A DNA stretch of 64,000 bases, from NCBI GenBank assembly GCA_043228905.1, contig JBHGNT010000008.1, forward strand, positions 6,510,001-6,574,000, read 5' to 3'. The notes under the pieces are model-generated. The model did no database searches and was not told the DNA's origin. It saw only the letters and a program-made list of their open reading frames with translations. The DNA comes from Azolla caroliniana (lineage: Eukaryota > Plantae > Polypodiophyta). The position numbers and the translations under genes were made by a program. Shown here in pieces: positions 1 to 11,830 of the stretch; positions within the stretch are counted from its first letter, which is position 1, and the number at the start of each line of letters is the position of its first letter.

Positions 1-1516
1 GGGGACCGGCACAAAATGTTAGCATTGGCGGAAGTCGATATTTCGTCTCCTTCATCGACGACTACACGCGGCATACGTGGATCTACCTCATTGAGCAGAA
101 GAGCGAAGTCTTCGAGTGTTTCCGGAGCCTCCAGAAGATGGTGGAATGGGAATTGGAGAGGAAGATCAAATGCCTACGGTCGGATGGTGGAAAAGAGTAC
201 TTTTCCGACCAATTCAACAACTATCTACAACAAAAAGGAATTCGGTGAGAATTCAGCTGCAGATACACACCGCAACAGAACGGTGTGGCCGAAAGGAAGA
301 ATCGGTCGCTGATTGACGTGGCTAGGGCAATGCTGGAGGAAAAGAGCATGCCCAAGTTCTACTGGGCGGAGGCAGTCCAAACGGCCGTTTACATCCAGAA
401 CCGGATCGGGGACAAGGTGTCAGCTCACGAGTTGTATTTCGGGCGCAAGCTGAATTTGAGGCACCTTCAGATATTCGGCAGCATAGCCTATGTACATGTG
501 CCGGATGAGAAGCGGAGAAAGCTGGATGCAAAATCGGAAAAATGCATCCTAGTCGGCTATGCTCAAGAGCAAAAGGGGTATAAGTGTTATAACCCCCGGA
601 CGAAGCAGGTCCGAGTCAGCCGAGATGTCGAGTTTGATGAATCGGTATCGTGGTATTCCTTACTGACTCCTACTTCCGATCCCGACCCGATGTCGGAGGA
701 TGGGGCTAGTGAGTCCGAACCGGCCCAGGTAGAGAAAGATGAAGCCGGGACTCAAAATGAGAATCCGGAATCGTTCCGGTGAAGCGGAGTGAATGAGAGA
801 CTGGGTCGGTCCAACCAGTCGGATGATGAGACGGCAAGTAGTGGAGACACTGTCGTGCTCTCCCCGCGCAAGGAACAAAAGGAGACGGTTCACACGCAAA
901 GAGAAGGGAAAGCAGAAGATGCCGGAATTCGAGACCGGCAATGATGAGTCGGATCGGTGCGTATCTGACTTCGGCAAGGACATAGGCAGATCTTCGGGAA
1001 CGAAGACTGAACCGGCCAAGAAGGGTCTCATATCGGGTGTCGGTGAGTTACGCCGGTCCACCCGCCACAAGGATCCCGTTAAACGGTATGGGTATAACGA
1101 CTACATGGCGCATCATTATGCGTACATGACCAAGGTGGCGGAAGTCCGTGAGCCGGAGAGCTACGCAGAAGCGGCAAAGGACGCAAATTGGCGTGCCGCT
1201 ATGGAGGAAGAAATGCAGCCAATGGAACTTGGGACCTGGTTGACCCTCCCCGTCACTGTAAACCGATTAGATGCAAGTGGGTGTACAAGGTGAAGTACAA
1301 TGCCGACGGTACAGTTAACCGGTACAAGGCCCGATTAGTGGCGAAGGGATATGCGCAGACCCACGGAATCGACTACGACGAGACCTTCGCTCCTATAGTG
1401 AAGATGACGACGGTTCGTGTGGTACTGGCGATTGCTGCGGCAAGGGGGTGGCATCTTCATCAGATGGATGTGAAGAGTGCCTTCCTTTAAGGAGATCTTG
1501 AAGAAGAAGTCTTTAT
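1..1516 (+). pseudogene. pol: Copia A integrase core and RT N-terminus, frameshifted
   Basis: ORFs 285-782 (AERKNRSL..KLDAKSEKC..GYKCYNP) and 1188-1490 ([16 protein letters not shown]). Confidence 0.9.
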
Positions 1517-2239
1517 TGTTGGGAGACAGGTCCCTCCGGATGGGAAGGGAGAAGAATAGTGCTGATGAACAAACTCGGCCGAGGCCGATAGGCCGAGGTA
1601 TGAACCGGATGAAGAGTACCCGGCTACGGAGAGCCGGATGGTGCAGGCCCGGTATGAACCGGATGAAGAGTACCCGGCTACGGAGAGCCGGATGGTGCAG
1701 GCCCGGTATGAACTGGATGAGGAGTACCCGGCTACGGAGAGCCGGATGGTGCAGACCCGGTATGAACCGGAGGAAGAGACATATTCGTAAATATGTTTCT
1801 GAGAGCCCATCGAGGCTATATTTGTAAATAGCTGAAAAGTCATATTAGTATAAATATGATTTAGGGCAAACCTTTTAGTAACTGTTGTAGTTGTTGTCTT
1901 TTTCCTTGTTGGTGCAAGAAAAAGGAGAGTGTGCGTAACTGTACAGAGAGGGAGAGAGAGAGACGAGGTCGTTGCCTCTGTTGTAACCGCCGCCTGTGGC
2001 GAAGATCGTGAGTTCGAGGTCGTTGCCTCAGTGTACTCACTGTTATGTACATTCATACATAGTGACAGTTTGCAGCCTGTGGGCTGCCGTGGTTTTTCTC
2101 CTAGTTTGGGGTTTTCCACGTAAACCTCCTGTGTACCATTTCTCTTCTCTGTGTCGTGTTTTATTTCCCGTTTTCTGTGTATGAAAAGAAGCTTGGTTGT
2201 GGCCGAGCGTTGCGCATAAGGAACGTTGGGTTCCCGTCA
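1517..2239 (+). mobile_element. Solo LTR (723 bp) inserted in copia A RT
   Basis: TGTTGGGA..TCCCGTCA ends; TSD TTTAT at 1512-1516 and 2240-2244; empty site GAAGTCTTTATGACTCAG present in paralogue B near 50090; similar to the LTR of copia F (47200-47600). Confidence 0.92.
1597..1775. repeat. 54-bp tandem repeat (~3.3 copies) in solo-LTR U3
   Basis: GGTATGAA(C/C)(C/T)GG unit starts at 1597, 1651, 1705, 1759. Confidence 0.93.
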
Positions 2240-2244
2240 TTTAT

Positions 2245-2755
2245 GACTCAGCCCCCCGGAATTCAGACGGAGGTGAACAAATTGGCGGTATGCCGGCTGA
2301 GGAAGTCGTTGTACGGCTTGAAGCAAGCCCCCTGTGCTTGGAATGCTAAGATCACGCACCGGTTGCGAAAGATGGGGTTTGTTGCCTCTAAGTCGGACTC
2401 TTCCCTATTCATCCGTCAAGGCTCAAACGGTTCGGTATGTATCTTACTCTATGTTGATGATTTAGTCATCACCGGCCCCGGTCTTCCAGTTGTCGGATGC
2501 ATTCGAATGAAGGACTTGGGGGACCTTCATTATTTTTTAGGGATGGAGGTGATCCACACCCCTGACGGCATATTGCTTTCTCAATGCCATTATGTGTTGA
2601 ATATGTTGTACAAGTTCGGCATGACGGAATGCTGACCTGTCTCCACACCCTTGGACCGGAACCAGAAGATCCGTCCCAACTCCGGACCGTCCTGCGATGA
2701 GAAACGGTTCTGACAAATAGTCGGAAGCCTGATCTACTTAACCATCACCCGACCC
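2245..2755 (+). pseudogene. pol: Copia A RT core fragment
   Basis: KSLYGLKQAP..LLYVDDLVI..MKDLG. Confidence 0.9.
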
Positions 2756-3176
2756 TGTTATTCGCTGGCCGGACAAGGCCTAACACAAGGTGTCACGGAG
2801 ACACTTCACCAAAGGGTGATTACGGCATAGGGTTAAGATTCAACGATTACACCGACTTACGTAGGTTACACGATTAGAATGCTTTGGTTAATTACACGCG
2901 TAAGATATAACAGTAATTACAGAACGGAAATCAAGACAGAAGTATAAACACCATAAGCTCTATTAATTATCCGCTGCGATTACAATGGGGTCCGGGCCTT
3001 TAAATAGGTTTCCGGCCCGTAGTACAAAACGGTGCATATCGCACCTATTCGGGATCCGTCCGGATCTGGAACGGCATACCGTTTCCAGTCCGTCCGTCCA
3101 TACTAGGCTTATTTACAACCATACTTAATTAATTCCTTCACTCCGTATTTTGGACTCCTTGCCGGCCGGTAACACA

Positions 3177-3193
3177 TGGAACGCCCGTGGGAC
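3177..3193 (+). promoter_or_regulatory. Primer-binding site (probably tRNA-Arg type)
   Basis: TGGAACGCCCGTGGGAC 2 nt after LTR; nearly identical to PBS at 41789 preceding a gypsy pol. Confidence 0.75.
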
Positions 3194-3226
3194 AGTACCT
3201 TGTACGTCAAACCCTTCTCGGCCCCT

Positions 3227-6058
3227 TCATTGTTCACCCAAATTGTCCAAAATACTTTGTTCCAGAATTTCCACTTGTTCTTCCTGTTGTGGTTGTTGCG
3301 GCTGTGCTTGCTGCTGCTGCTGTGGTTGCGGTTGGGCCTGAGGCTGTTCCGGCTGCTCTATAGGCGGCTGCTCCGTTTGTTTCTCTGACTCCGGCTGCTC
3401 CGTTTGACTGCTTCCGGTCCGGTCTCCTTCCAGTAACGGTTCCTCATCACTGAGGTTGACCGTAACCGGTTCTCGTTCTTTCTCTCCCCGGATCCGGGAC
3501 CTCTCGTAGCTTTCAAACTGGATTTGCGCCTCCAGCCTGTCGTCGTCCAGCTGAGCTACAAGTTGCCGGACTTGGCCTAGTTGGTCATCTGCCAAGGCTT
3601 GAAAGTCTTCGGCCAGCTCATCTCTTATGCCGGTGAAGTCTTCGGAAGTCAGCATATAGCAATCATCTCCCTCCTTCCGCCGGTTCTCTACGTCGGCCCG
3701 GAGCAATTGGAGTTCCGCCGCGTTCGTGGCCCATTTGGTCCACCATTTGACGGAACCGTTGTCAATCAAGCTCTTGGTCTGGTTCAACCAGGCCCGCATG
3801 ATATCCTGGATGCGACTTGCTCCCATTTGCGCTCTGCTTTCCACCACTTGTCGCTCCTCCTTCAACTGCTTGATGAGATTAGCCGTATCCTCCGCCTGCT
3901 CTCTGTAGCGCGTCAACTGCCCTTGATATGTTGTCTGCAGCCTCTGCAGTACCTCCGCCGCTCTTTCTTTTTCCGCCTGCTGTTGCCTGAGGAGCTCTAT
4001 CCGAACCTTCTCCGCCTCTTCCAACCGTCTCCTGGTTTCCGCTTGTTCCTTAGCGTATGCCGTTGCGGTCCGATCAACTGCTTGCCGGAGCTCATCTGTC
4101 CGTTCCTTGTGCTCCGTTTGCAATCGTTTATACTCCCGGTGCAAGTGCTCAAATTCCTCCGTTTTTTGTTTGAGCTTGCCGTTGATCTGGCGCTGGTTCC
4201 GATCCTCCCGGTCCTTTACCTGCCGGAGTTCCTCTTTCAGGCGCTCTACTTCTGTTTCGGCGTTCCTCCGGAGCCTGTCCTTCTCTTGCAGCATTTTCTC
4301 CTTCTCCTCCTTGAGCCGGTCGTACGCTTGGTGGCCTTTCCGTAAGCTCTCCTCGGCCCGGCGTAGATTCTCAGCAGTCTTTTTGAGTTCTGCCTCCACT
4401 GCCGTCTTCAACTCTCTTTCGTGGCTCCTCAGCGCTTCTTGGGCAGCTAGCTCATCCTTTAAGTCCGCAAGCTCTTGGGCTTGTGCCGCATTTCTCTCCG
4501 GAACGGTTTCCGTTGCCGGGGTCTGATTGCTATGTACAGGTTGATCTGACGCTTTATTCTGTACATTGCCCGGAGTCACCGGTGCTTGGACTTGTGTCGT
4601 CAAAGCCAATTGAGCCATTTCCCTTGTGACCCTGTCCAAGTCTTGTTCAAGGCTCCGGATTCTGGACCGGGCCGTCTCTAGATCTACGGTTGTGACGAGC
4701 AACCGTTCGTTGTGCGCTCTCTCCTCCGCCTCTATGTACTCAACCGCTCCGGCAATCTGCTCGCCTACCCACCGTAGCCACATGCTACTGGTGCCTTGCT
4801 GCTGTACTGGTCCTACTCCTTGGCCGCCGTGTGTGCTGGCTGGGCTCGTCGGCTGTTGAGTTCCGGTTCTCGCCGTCTCCGGAGCCGTTGGAATGACTTC
4901 TTCTATAGAAGCCGACAAGGCCGGTTCCATACGCACCGGTTCCGGTTCCTCCCTTGTGGTTTGCTCAGGTTGAGTTGGGGACGTTTCTTCCTCTTGCGGG
5001 TACGAACGCTCCCCCGTTGTCCCGGCGGTCCTACTTCTTGACCGTCGTTGGAGGTGCTCTTCTGCCTCCTCCGTTTCCTCTTCCTGGGTAACGGCATGTT
5101 TCTGTGCCGTCAAGGGTTCCGGTTCCTTCTGTCCCGGTCACCGTATGGTTATCTTAACGGGTCGGACCGGTGACACCTCCTCCGGTTCTGAGAGCCGTTT
5201 CTTCCCTTTCGTCGCCTTCGACGCCAGCAGCTGCTGTCGTTTGGACGCCGGCTTCGAGGTGCTTCCTTCTGATACTCTTGGCCGCTTCTTTGGCTGAACG
5301 GTCTCGACCGGCGGCACGAGCAATGTTATCCACTGAGCTACGGCATGCCACAGCTTCCGGCCCTCCTTGCCGTCCTTTCCTCGTACCATGTCGATTGCCA
5401 CGCACAAACCGTCTGCAATCAACACCGGCCAATCCACCTTGGTCCCTTCATAGGTGGTTATGATCATCCCTGCCCGATTTTTTGGCATGACAGGGGGTCG
5501 GGGGTACACGTGGCCGTACTCATGGAGCACTCGAGCTATCTCCCTGAATAGCGGATTTTCACCGCCCTGCGTTCGATAGCCTTTGCCGGCAACAGAGTAC
5601 TCACCGAAATATCGGATGAGTTGCTCCGAGGTTGGGTTATCGATCTGAAAGATACCTCCCTCCGGAAGGCCTGTTAGCGCACGGATCGCTTCCTCGGTGA
5701 TGACTTCTGTGTCGAGCTCCTTGATGACCCGGTCGGCTTCTCTGTGCGGTGGTGCCTCCATGATGGCCAAGAACCCCTCCAGTCCGTGTTGCCTGAACCA
5801 TTTCCTGGCCGCTTCCGACAGCGTTTGTGGTTCCATGTCTGCTTCGAGGTCGAGGAAAGATGGCGAGGTAGAGTGGTGAAGAGAGTGAGAGCGAGAGAGA
5901 GAGCGTTCTGAACGCGGGGGTTCTCTGAGTGCAGGTTCGCGTTTGCTAAGCTTCCACTGCCTTGGTGCTTCTGTGCTTCTTGGCTCGCGAAAAAGAAGGT
6001 CTCCATGCGCTCTTCTTTTTCTCTGTGCGTCTTGGCGCCTTTTTTCGAGCATGCGCAC
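3227..6058 (-). CDS. Retrotransposon extra ORF, ~940 codons: globular N-terminal domain plus long coiled coil; split by one in-frame TGA (5138-5140)
   Basis: ORFs 5138-6058 and 3227-5113 share a frame and are joined by 8 open codons; ITEEAIRALTGLP and GTKVDWPVLI resemble plant retroelement accessory ORFs; E/K/R/Q-rich heptad-like region. Confidence 0.8.
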
Positions 6059-6228
6059 GTCGTGTACCGATTTAGTATTAAGTAACGTGGCGGCTCTTAA
6101 ATGCCCACTACGTACCTTTTCGCCATACCGTTTCCAGTCCGTCCGTCCATACTAGGCTTATTTACAACCATACTTAATTAATTCCTTCACTCCGTATTTT
6201 GGACTCCTTGCTGGCCGGTAACAGACCC

Positions 6229-7425
6229 GACATTAGCTATTCGGTCGGAGTGGTAAGCCAATTCATGCAGAAGCCGACCGTGGAGCACCTTCAGTGCGCG
6301 CAACGAATACTGAGGTATGTAAGCGGCACTAAGGACCGGGGGCTCTTATACCAACAAGGTATAACCGAAGAGCTTGTCGGCTACACGGATGCCGACTGGG
6401 CTGGCGATGCATCGGATCGTCGCTCAACTTCCGGCTTTATGTTTTCCCTTGGGAGCGCGGCTGTTGCATGGAGCAGCATAAAGCAGCCAACAGTGGCCCT
6501 ATCGAGCACTGAGGCTGAATACCGGGGCGCGACCGTTGCCACCTGCGAAGCCATTTGGCTTCGGCGACTGCTGCAAGACCTACGGATCGAGGTACCGACC
6601 CCAATCCTGATCTACTGCGATAACCTGAGCAGCATGCAGCTCGCCAAGAACCCTGTGTTCCATGCTCGCACAAAGAACATAGAAGTGCATTATCACTTCG
6701 TGCGTGAGCGGGTGCTAAGCGGTGAAGTTGAACTACGGTATGTTCACACGGATCGGCAAATTGCCGACATCTTCACCAAGCCGCTCGGGTCAGACAAGTT
6801 GCAGCACTTTACCGAAATGCTTGAGGGGGAGATGCACTTGAGGGGGAGATGCAAGGGCAAAGACACTACCAAAACGGGCAAAGGCAAAAAAACTGTTGAA
6901 CCCGTAGGTAAGAGAAGAACCGGTAGAGGTGGGGACAAAAAGAAAAATGAAGCCGAGTCGACGAAGAAAGTCGGCACATCCGAGCAGGTCGGAGTGAGCG
7001 GCTGTGAAGAAGAAGTGTACACTCAGGCTGAGAAGTGCATGCTATTCGGAGGTCATCACGATCACAATGGCCATGATGCGGAGTCGAATGAAGAATTCAA
7101 CTTCGGTGACCTGGCTGAAGAAGCCAAGGGAAGCGCAGAGAAGGCCAAGACCCAGATGTGGTCCGATGTGGTGAGAGGCCTGAAGTCGAAAATCAAATCG
7201 GAGGATACCGATTCGGACAAGAGCTGGAACGAGTCGGAGACAACCGATTGGGATCAACAGACGGATCCGGATGAGTCGGTTCAACTAGAGGCCAAGGAGA
7301 CACGGACACAACGGAAGTCGATGCCATCGCGGAGGAACCGACGGATCGGCAAGCGCCGGAGTCATAGCAGCGAAGGAGCTGAGATGGGCCTATTGAGTAG
7401 ACATGCCGAAGGTCGAGGCGCGTAG
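6229..7425 (+). CDS. pol: Copia A RT C-terminus/RNase H with in-frame charged extension
   Basis: RPDISYSVG, GYTDADWAGDASDRRSTSG, IEVHYHFVRE, ADIFTKPL, then ~190 extra low-complexity residues. Confidence 0.85.
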   Translation, partial: DISYSVGVVSQFMQKPTVEHLQCAQRILRYVSGTKDRGLLYQQGITEELVGYTDADWAGDASDRRSTSGFMFSLGSAAVAWSSIKQPTVALSSTEAEYRGATVATCEAIWLRRLLQDLRIEVPTPILIYCDNLSSMQLAKNPVFHARTKNIEVHYHFVRERVLSGEVELRYVHTDRQIADIFTKPLGSDKLQHFTEMLEGEMHLRGRCKGKDTTKTGKGKKTVEPVGKRRTGRGGDKKKNEAESTKKVGTSEQVGVSGCEEEVYTQAEKCMLFGGHHDHNGHDAESNEEFNFGDLAEEAKGSAEKAKTQMWSDVVRGLKSKIKSEDTDSDKSWNESETTDWDQQTDPDESVQLEAKETRTQRKSMPSRRNRRIGKRRSHSSEGAEMGLLSRHAEGRGA

Positions 7426-7569
7426 AACAAAAGGGGTCGCGGCAAACGGGATCGGACCAAACAAGGAGCGCGACCAAGGTAAAGCGACGCCAGGAGAAGT
7501 CAGTTGGAAGAACCGGCTGCCACAGAGGTTGACACTACAACCCTACCTCAGGTTGAGCTTGAGGGGGAG

Positions 7570-7945
7570 TGTTGAGCGGCAAGCTCAACCGGAGCCGGAT
7601 CGGCTGAATAAGCCTGAGCCGGTAAGTGAGATGAATCGGTATGCCGGTGAGCAACCGAGCTAGTAAGCAGTAAGGACCAGTGAGCTGGGGAGCCGGTATG
7701 CCAGATCTAATCCGTAACCGGAAGCCTAGTATAGGTTAGACTACTAGGTAGTTATAGTCTCATAGTTAGTGTGAGACACTCGTGTGAGCATTGAAGTACA
7801 CCGTACTTCTAACAGTCCCGTGTGGACTTGTATAAATAGCGCTGATGAGCGCGTTGTAGATACACAGAAGATATAGAGTACAAAGTATTCATATAATTTT
7901 GAAAAATAGTGTGTCCTGCTCTCTCTCTCTCTCTCTGTCTCTCCC
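7570..7945 (+). repeat. 3' LTR of copia A, truncated at its (CT)n tract
   Basis: Starts TGTTGAGCGGCAAGCTC like B LTRs; similarity is lost after the CT run. Confidence 0.85.
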
Positions 7946-8344
7946 GCGTACTCTCTCTAATCTTAATTTCCTCTAATCTATTACTCTAGCCATTGTCAGG
8001 AATAGTACTAAAGTAGAGATGAAATTAGTACTAAGAAGAGTAGTACTATTAGTACTAAGAGGACGGTACTGGGTAAGATTCCCGAGAGAGAGGAAGTGAG
8101 AAGAGGAGAGAGAGAGATAGGATGATGACAGTAGCTCTTATATTATATAAAAAGATAAGTACAAATCGGTTAAGAGGCTTAAGACTAGTGTTGAACCAAT
8201 TTGGTTCAAAACAATGCCTTGTGCCTCCTTTTATAGTGTTTTTAGGAATAATCCTGAAGCTTCTAGAATGTTCCAGAGAGATCTGGAATATACATCAATT
8301 TTCTATGATAAAGCATAAATGAAAATAATATCTTACAAGTTACA

Positions 8345-8410
8345 ATTCATAGTCTAATGGTAAGAGCTTGACCCATGTAGCATAAGGTCATGGGTTCGAG
8401 TCTTGGCATA
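8345..8410 (+). promoter_or_regulatory. Degenerate tRNA-like A-box/B-box module in chromovirus LTR (second copy ~13391-13456)
   Basis: TAGTCTAATGGTAAGAGC ... AGGTCATGGGTTCGAGTC; 44 nt from T8 to G53 equivalents. Confidence 0.6.
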
Positions 8411-8429
8411 TCATGACACTATCTCCCCC

Positions 8430-11400
8430 TTAAAGACGACGAGTGGAACGAGTCGGCGCTAATTGCGGACCGGGTTTGTCCGGATACTTTCGGTGGAAAT
8501 CCGCAAGAAGATCTTGTGCATTGGCAACATGCTCGACGGGTTCCCAAGTACGTTCGCTCGGACTATAACCGAGCCAATCGACCAAGTAATAAAGTTTGTT
8601 GCGAACAAGTTTGGAATCGAGGATGGTAGCAACTTCATACTCCGGGCCGGCGTCCAACTCCAGCGGGGGCAGCGGTGGTGTCACACGATCGGGAATGGTG
8701 TTTGCTTTATAAGGTTCAAGAAGAGAACAATGGAAAACCAGATGTATCTAAAGCTGTGGAGGGAGATCAAGACGGAAGGTGACATCATTAATCTTCCTCG
8801 TAATACGGAAAGGACCGAGTCGTCGATAATCCAACTTGTCGCACGGTCGAGTAGTCTTGATGTGACGACGTAAGAGCCATACTCGATCTCCGATGGCAAA
8901 AGAGGAGGGAATCCGATGACAATCCGCATAAGTCTTCTGTGTGTGTTGAGCATGACGAAGGTGAGTAGAGAGATCCATTTGGATCTTCCGTAGCCTCTCC
9001 AAATGATCCTCGGCACGAGGGTTGGTAGGTAGCTCCGAAGTGTCGATCACCTTCCAGCGAGGATGGAAACCGGTATAAGCGAAAAATGGGGAGACCTGAG
9101 TCGAGGAGTGAATAGCATTATTATACGCAAACTCCGCAAAGTGGAGAATCTCGGCCCAATCGTCCTGTTGATAACTCAGGAAACACCAGAGATATTGCTC
9201 CAGCGTTTAGTTTGTTCGTTCCGCCTGCCCGTTGGTCTGAGGATGCTAGCCGGAGGAGAGGTTGCAGGAGACCTTGAGCATCTTGAAGAGATGTTGCCAA
9301 AATTTGGAGACAAATTGCGGGCCTCGATCACTGATAATACTGTCTAGGAGGCCATGATGCCGAAATACCTCATGCATAACAAGAGCAGCGGTTTCCTCGC
9401 TAGTGATGGCTTTAGTACATGGCACAAAATGTGCCATCTTCGTATATCGATCGACGACGGTCAGGATAGCATCAAACCCCTTCGAGACCGGTAGATCTGT
9501 GATAAAATCAAGACAAATAGACTGCCATGGCTTACTTGGAATCGGTAAAGGTTCCAACAAGCCATATGGATGCTATCGTGGCATCTTTGCTCGGCAGCAA
9601 GCATCACAGGTCCGAACGTAGTCGTCGACCAAACGGCGCATGTGGGGCCACCAAAAAGATCGCTGCACTAGCTCCAACGTCTTAGTACTACCGAAATGTC
9701 CCGCCGTATGGGTGTCGTGACAATGTTGGACGATTTGAAGGCGACAGGAGCAATCAGGGACATATTCACGCTTTTTAAAGAATAACAAACCATCATGATA
9801 TTCGAATTGTCGGTAGTCAATACCTGGTTGTTGAGACTGAGAACAGGATGCCCGAGAAGTATCAATGTGCGCCAGGATGTCTTGAGCAAAACTATCCGTC
9901 TTCAAGGTTGCACGTATGTCATCGGTAATCCGTGAATCCATCGGGGTGTGAAAAATCCGCGTCGTGTGCAATCGTGTTGGTCCCAAGATTACTTGCTTTT
10001 GATTATCAAATGTTACGTCACCAGGACGAGGTGCAAGATATGAATGCCGTGATAGTGCATTTGCTTTTCCTTGCTGCTTCCCCGGTCAATATGTGATTTT
10101 GAAGTCGAAACGCGTGAGGAATTGCGCCCACCGAGCTTGCCGTCGATTTAGTACGCGAGCGTTCTGAAAATAAGCAAGATTTTTATGATCACTAAAGACA
10201 ATGACCTGATGTGGAGAGCCCTCTAAGAAATGCCGCCATTGTACAAATGAATCCACGATGGCTAATAACTCCTTGTCATGTATTTCGTAGTTGATTTCTA
10301 CGACATCGAATTTGCGCAAATGGAAAGCCACCGGATGCAACTCTTCTTTATCGCCTTGTTGAGAAAGGATGCTACTGAGGGCGAAATCTGATGCGTCGGC
10401 CTCCATGATGAATGGTTTGCTTGTATCCACATGAGCTAGAATCGATGCTGATGTAAAGGCTTTCTTAAGATGCCGAAAAGCCATATCTGCTTCTATGGAC
10501 CAAAGAAATACTTGGCCCTTCTTCGTAAGTTGTGTGAGAGGTAAAATGATCTTTGAGTAATCCTGTATAAACTTACGGTAGAAGTTAGCAAAACCTAGAA
10601 AACATTGTACATCTCGTATTGACCGTGGAATTTGCCACTCTAGTACAGTTTGGATTTTAGCTGGATCCATGGCGATGCCCTTTGAGGAGATGACGTAGCC
10701 TAGATAGAAATTCCACTTGCTTGCAGTCAAAGCTACATTTTTCTGGCTTGGCATAAAGACCATTCTCGCGAAGTCGCTTTAGTACTAATAGTACATGAGA
10801 ATCGTGCTCTTCTTGGGTCTTCGGATAAATCAATAGATCATCCAGATAAATGATCAAACAGATATCCAAGAGGTCTCTGAATATATCATTTGCCATGTGT
10901 TGGAAGACTGCGGGTGCATTGGTTAGGCCAAACGGCATAACAGTATACTCGAAATGCCCATACCGCGTGCGAAAGGCGGTCTTCCACTCATCTCCCAGTC
11001 GGATCCGCACGAGATTATACGCTCCTCGTAGGTCGATTTCGAATGGCGGATGAACCCGCTTGCCAAATTCTCCTCTATGTAGGCTCGAAGGACTTCTAAC
11101 TCGGTGGGTGACAAGTTGTAAATTGGTCCCCATGGTGGCTCGGTTCCTGGTTGTAAATCGATGGGACAGTCATAGGGGCAGTGATGAGGAAGTGTACCGG
11201 TTTTTACCTTGTCAAATACATCGGCATAAGGATGATATTTTGCTAGAAGTTGTACTGAGGAGTCCTTCTTAATAGTGCTGGAAGGATGTACTGATATTGC
11301 AAATAGGAACATTGCCTCCTTGGGTTCTTCTTCGCATAGTTGATGGAGTGAAATGGTCGAAACTTGGTGAGTTGATTCTTGGGGTGGTTGATATCGGACT

Positions 11401-11760
11401 TCTCTTGTTCTCCAATCTATGGCTGGATTATGTAATTCAAACCAAGGTAATCCTAGGACAATGGGATGCTCTGGACTACTAATTATATTAAATGATATTA
11501 CACACACAAAACTACCTAGGACAACTTGAATGGGTTCTGATTCTTCTACAATATTCAAGCAATGGGATGACCATCAATGACTACTACAGATGCGGGACAA
11601 GGAAGTTTTCTTAAGGATATCTGAGAAGCTTGGGCAAAATTTCGATCCATGAAACAAGAATTAGCTCCGGAATCTAAAAGTGCTAGGACGGGTACTGGGG
11701 GAGTACTTTTAGTACTAACAATGACTTGGGCTAGGAACACATTGCTAACTTGCTTGGAAG
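8430..11760 (-). pseudogene. pol: Chromovirus pol (PR, RT, RNase H, IN, chromodomain), multiple frameshifts
   Basis: LLDSGANSCF; [15 protein letters not shown]; EADASDFA; HDTHTAGH..CDAC; LDFITDLP; EYEVATILDS..YLVDWLGY..TWEP chromodomain (8430-8684). Confidence 0.92.
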
Positions 11761-11830
11761 GAATGGAACCAAACGGGCTGTACAGATCTAGGGCTGCTGT
11801 CCAACCAAACGGCTCCTATTTTGGTTGGAC

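Larger units (their letters stand above)
2756..6223 (+). mobile_element. Internally deleted LTR element (probably gypsy) with no gag/pol, carrying an antisense extra ORF
   Basis: TGTTA..TAACA ends; TSD GACCC 2751-2755 and 6224-6228; 5' LTR 2756-3174; only the last 100 bp of the 3' LTR remain (6124-6223 matches 3075-3174). Confidence 0.9.
1..7945 (+). mobile_element. Ty1/copia element A (5' part outside window), interrupted by two insertions
   Basis: IN-RT-RNaseH order across broken ORFs ([44 protein letters not shown]); PPT TTGAGGGGGAG 7559-7569; 3' LTR from 7570. Confidence 0.93.

Noticed and set aside
1477-2119. ORFs with 18-aa repeats
   Set aside because: Translation of the 54-bp tandem repeat in a solo LTR
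3581-4526. + strand ORFs overlapping the coiled-coil ORF
   Set aside because: Shadow frames of a biased coding sequence on the minus strand
3227-5113. Host myosin/SMC-like gene or viral env
   Set aside because: Intronless, enclosed by LTR ends and TSD, no ATPase motif or transmembrane helix
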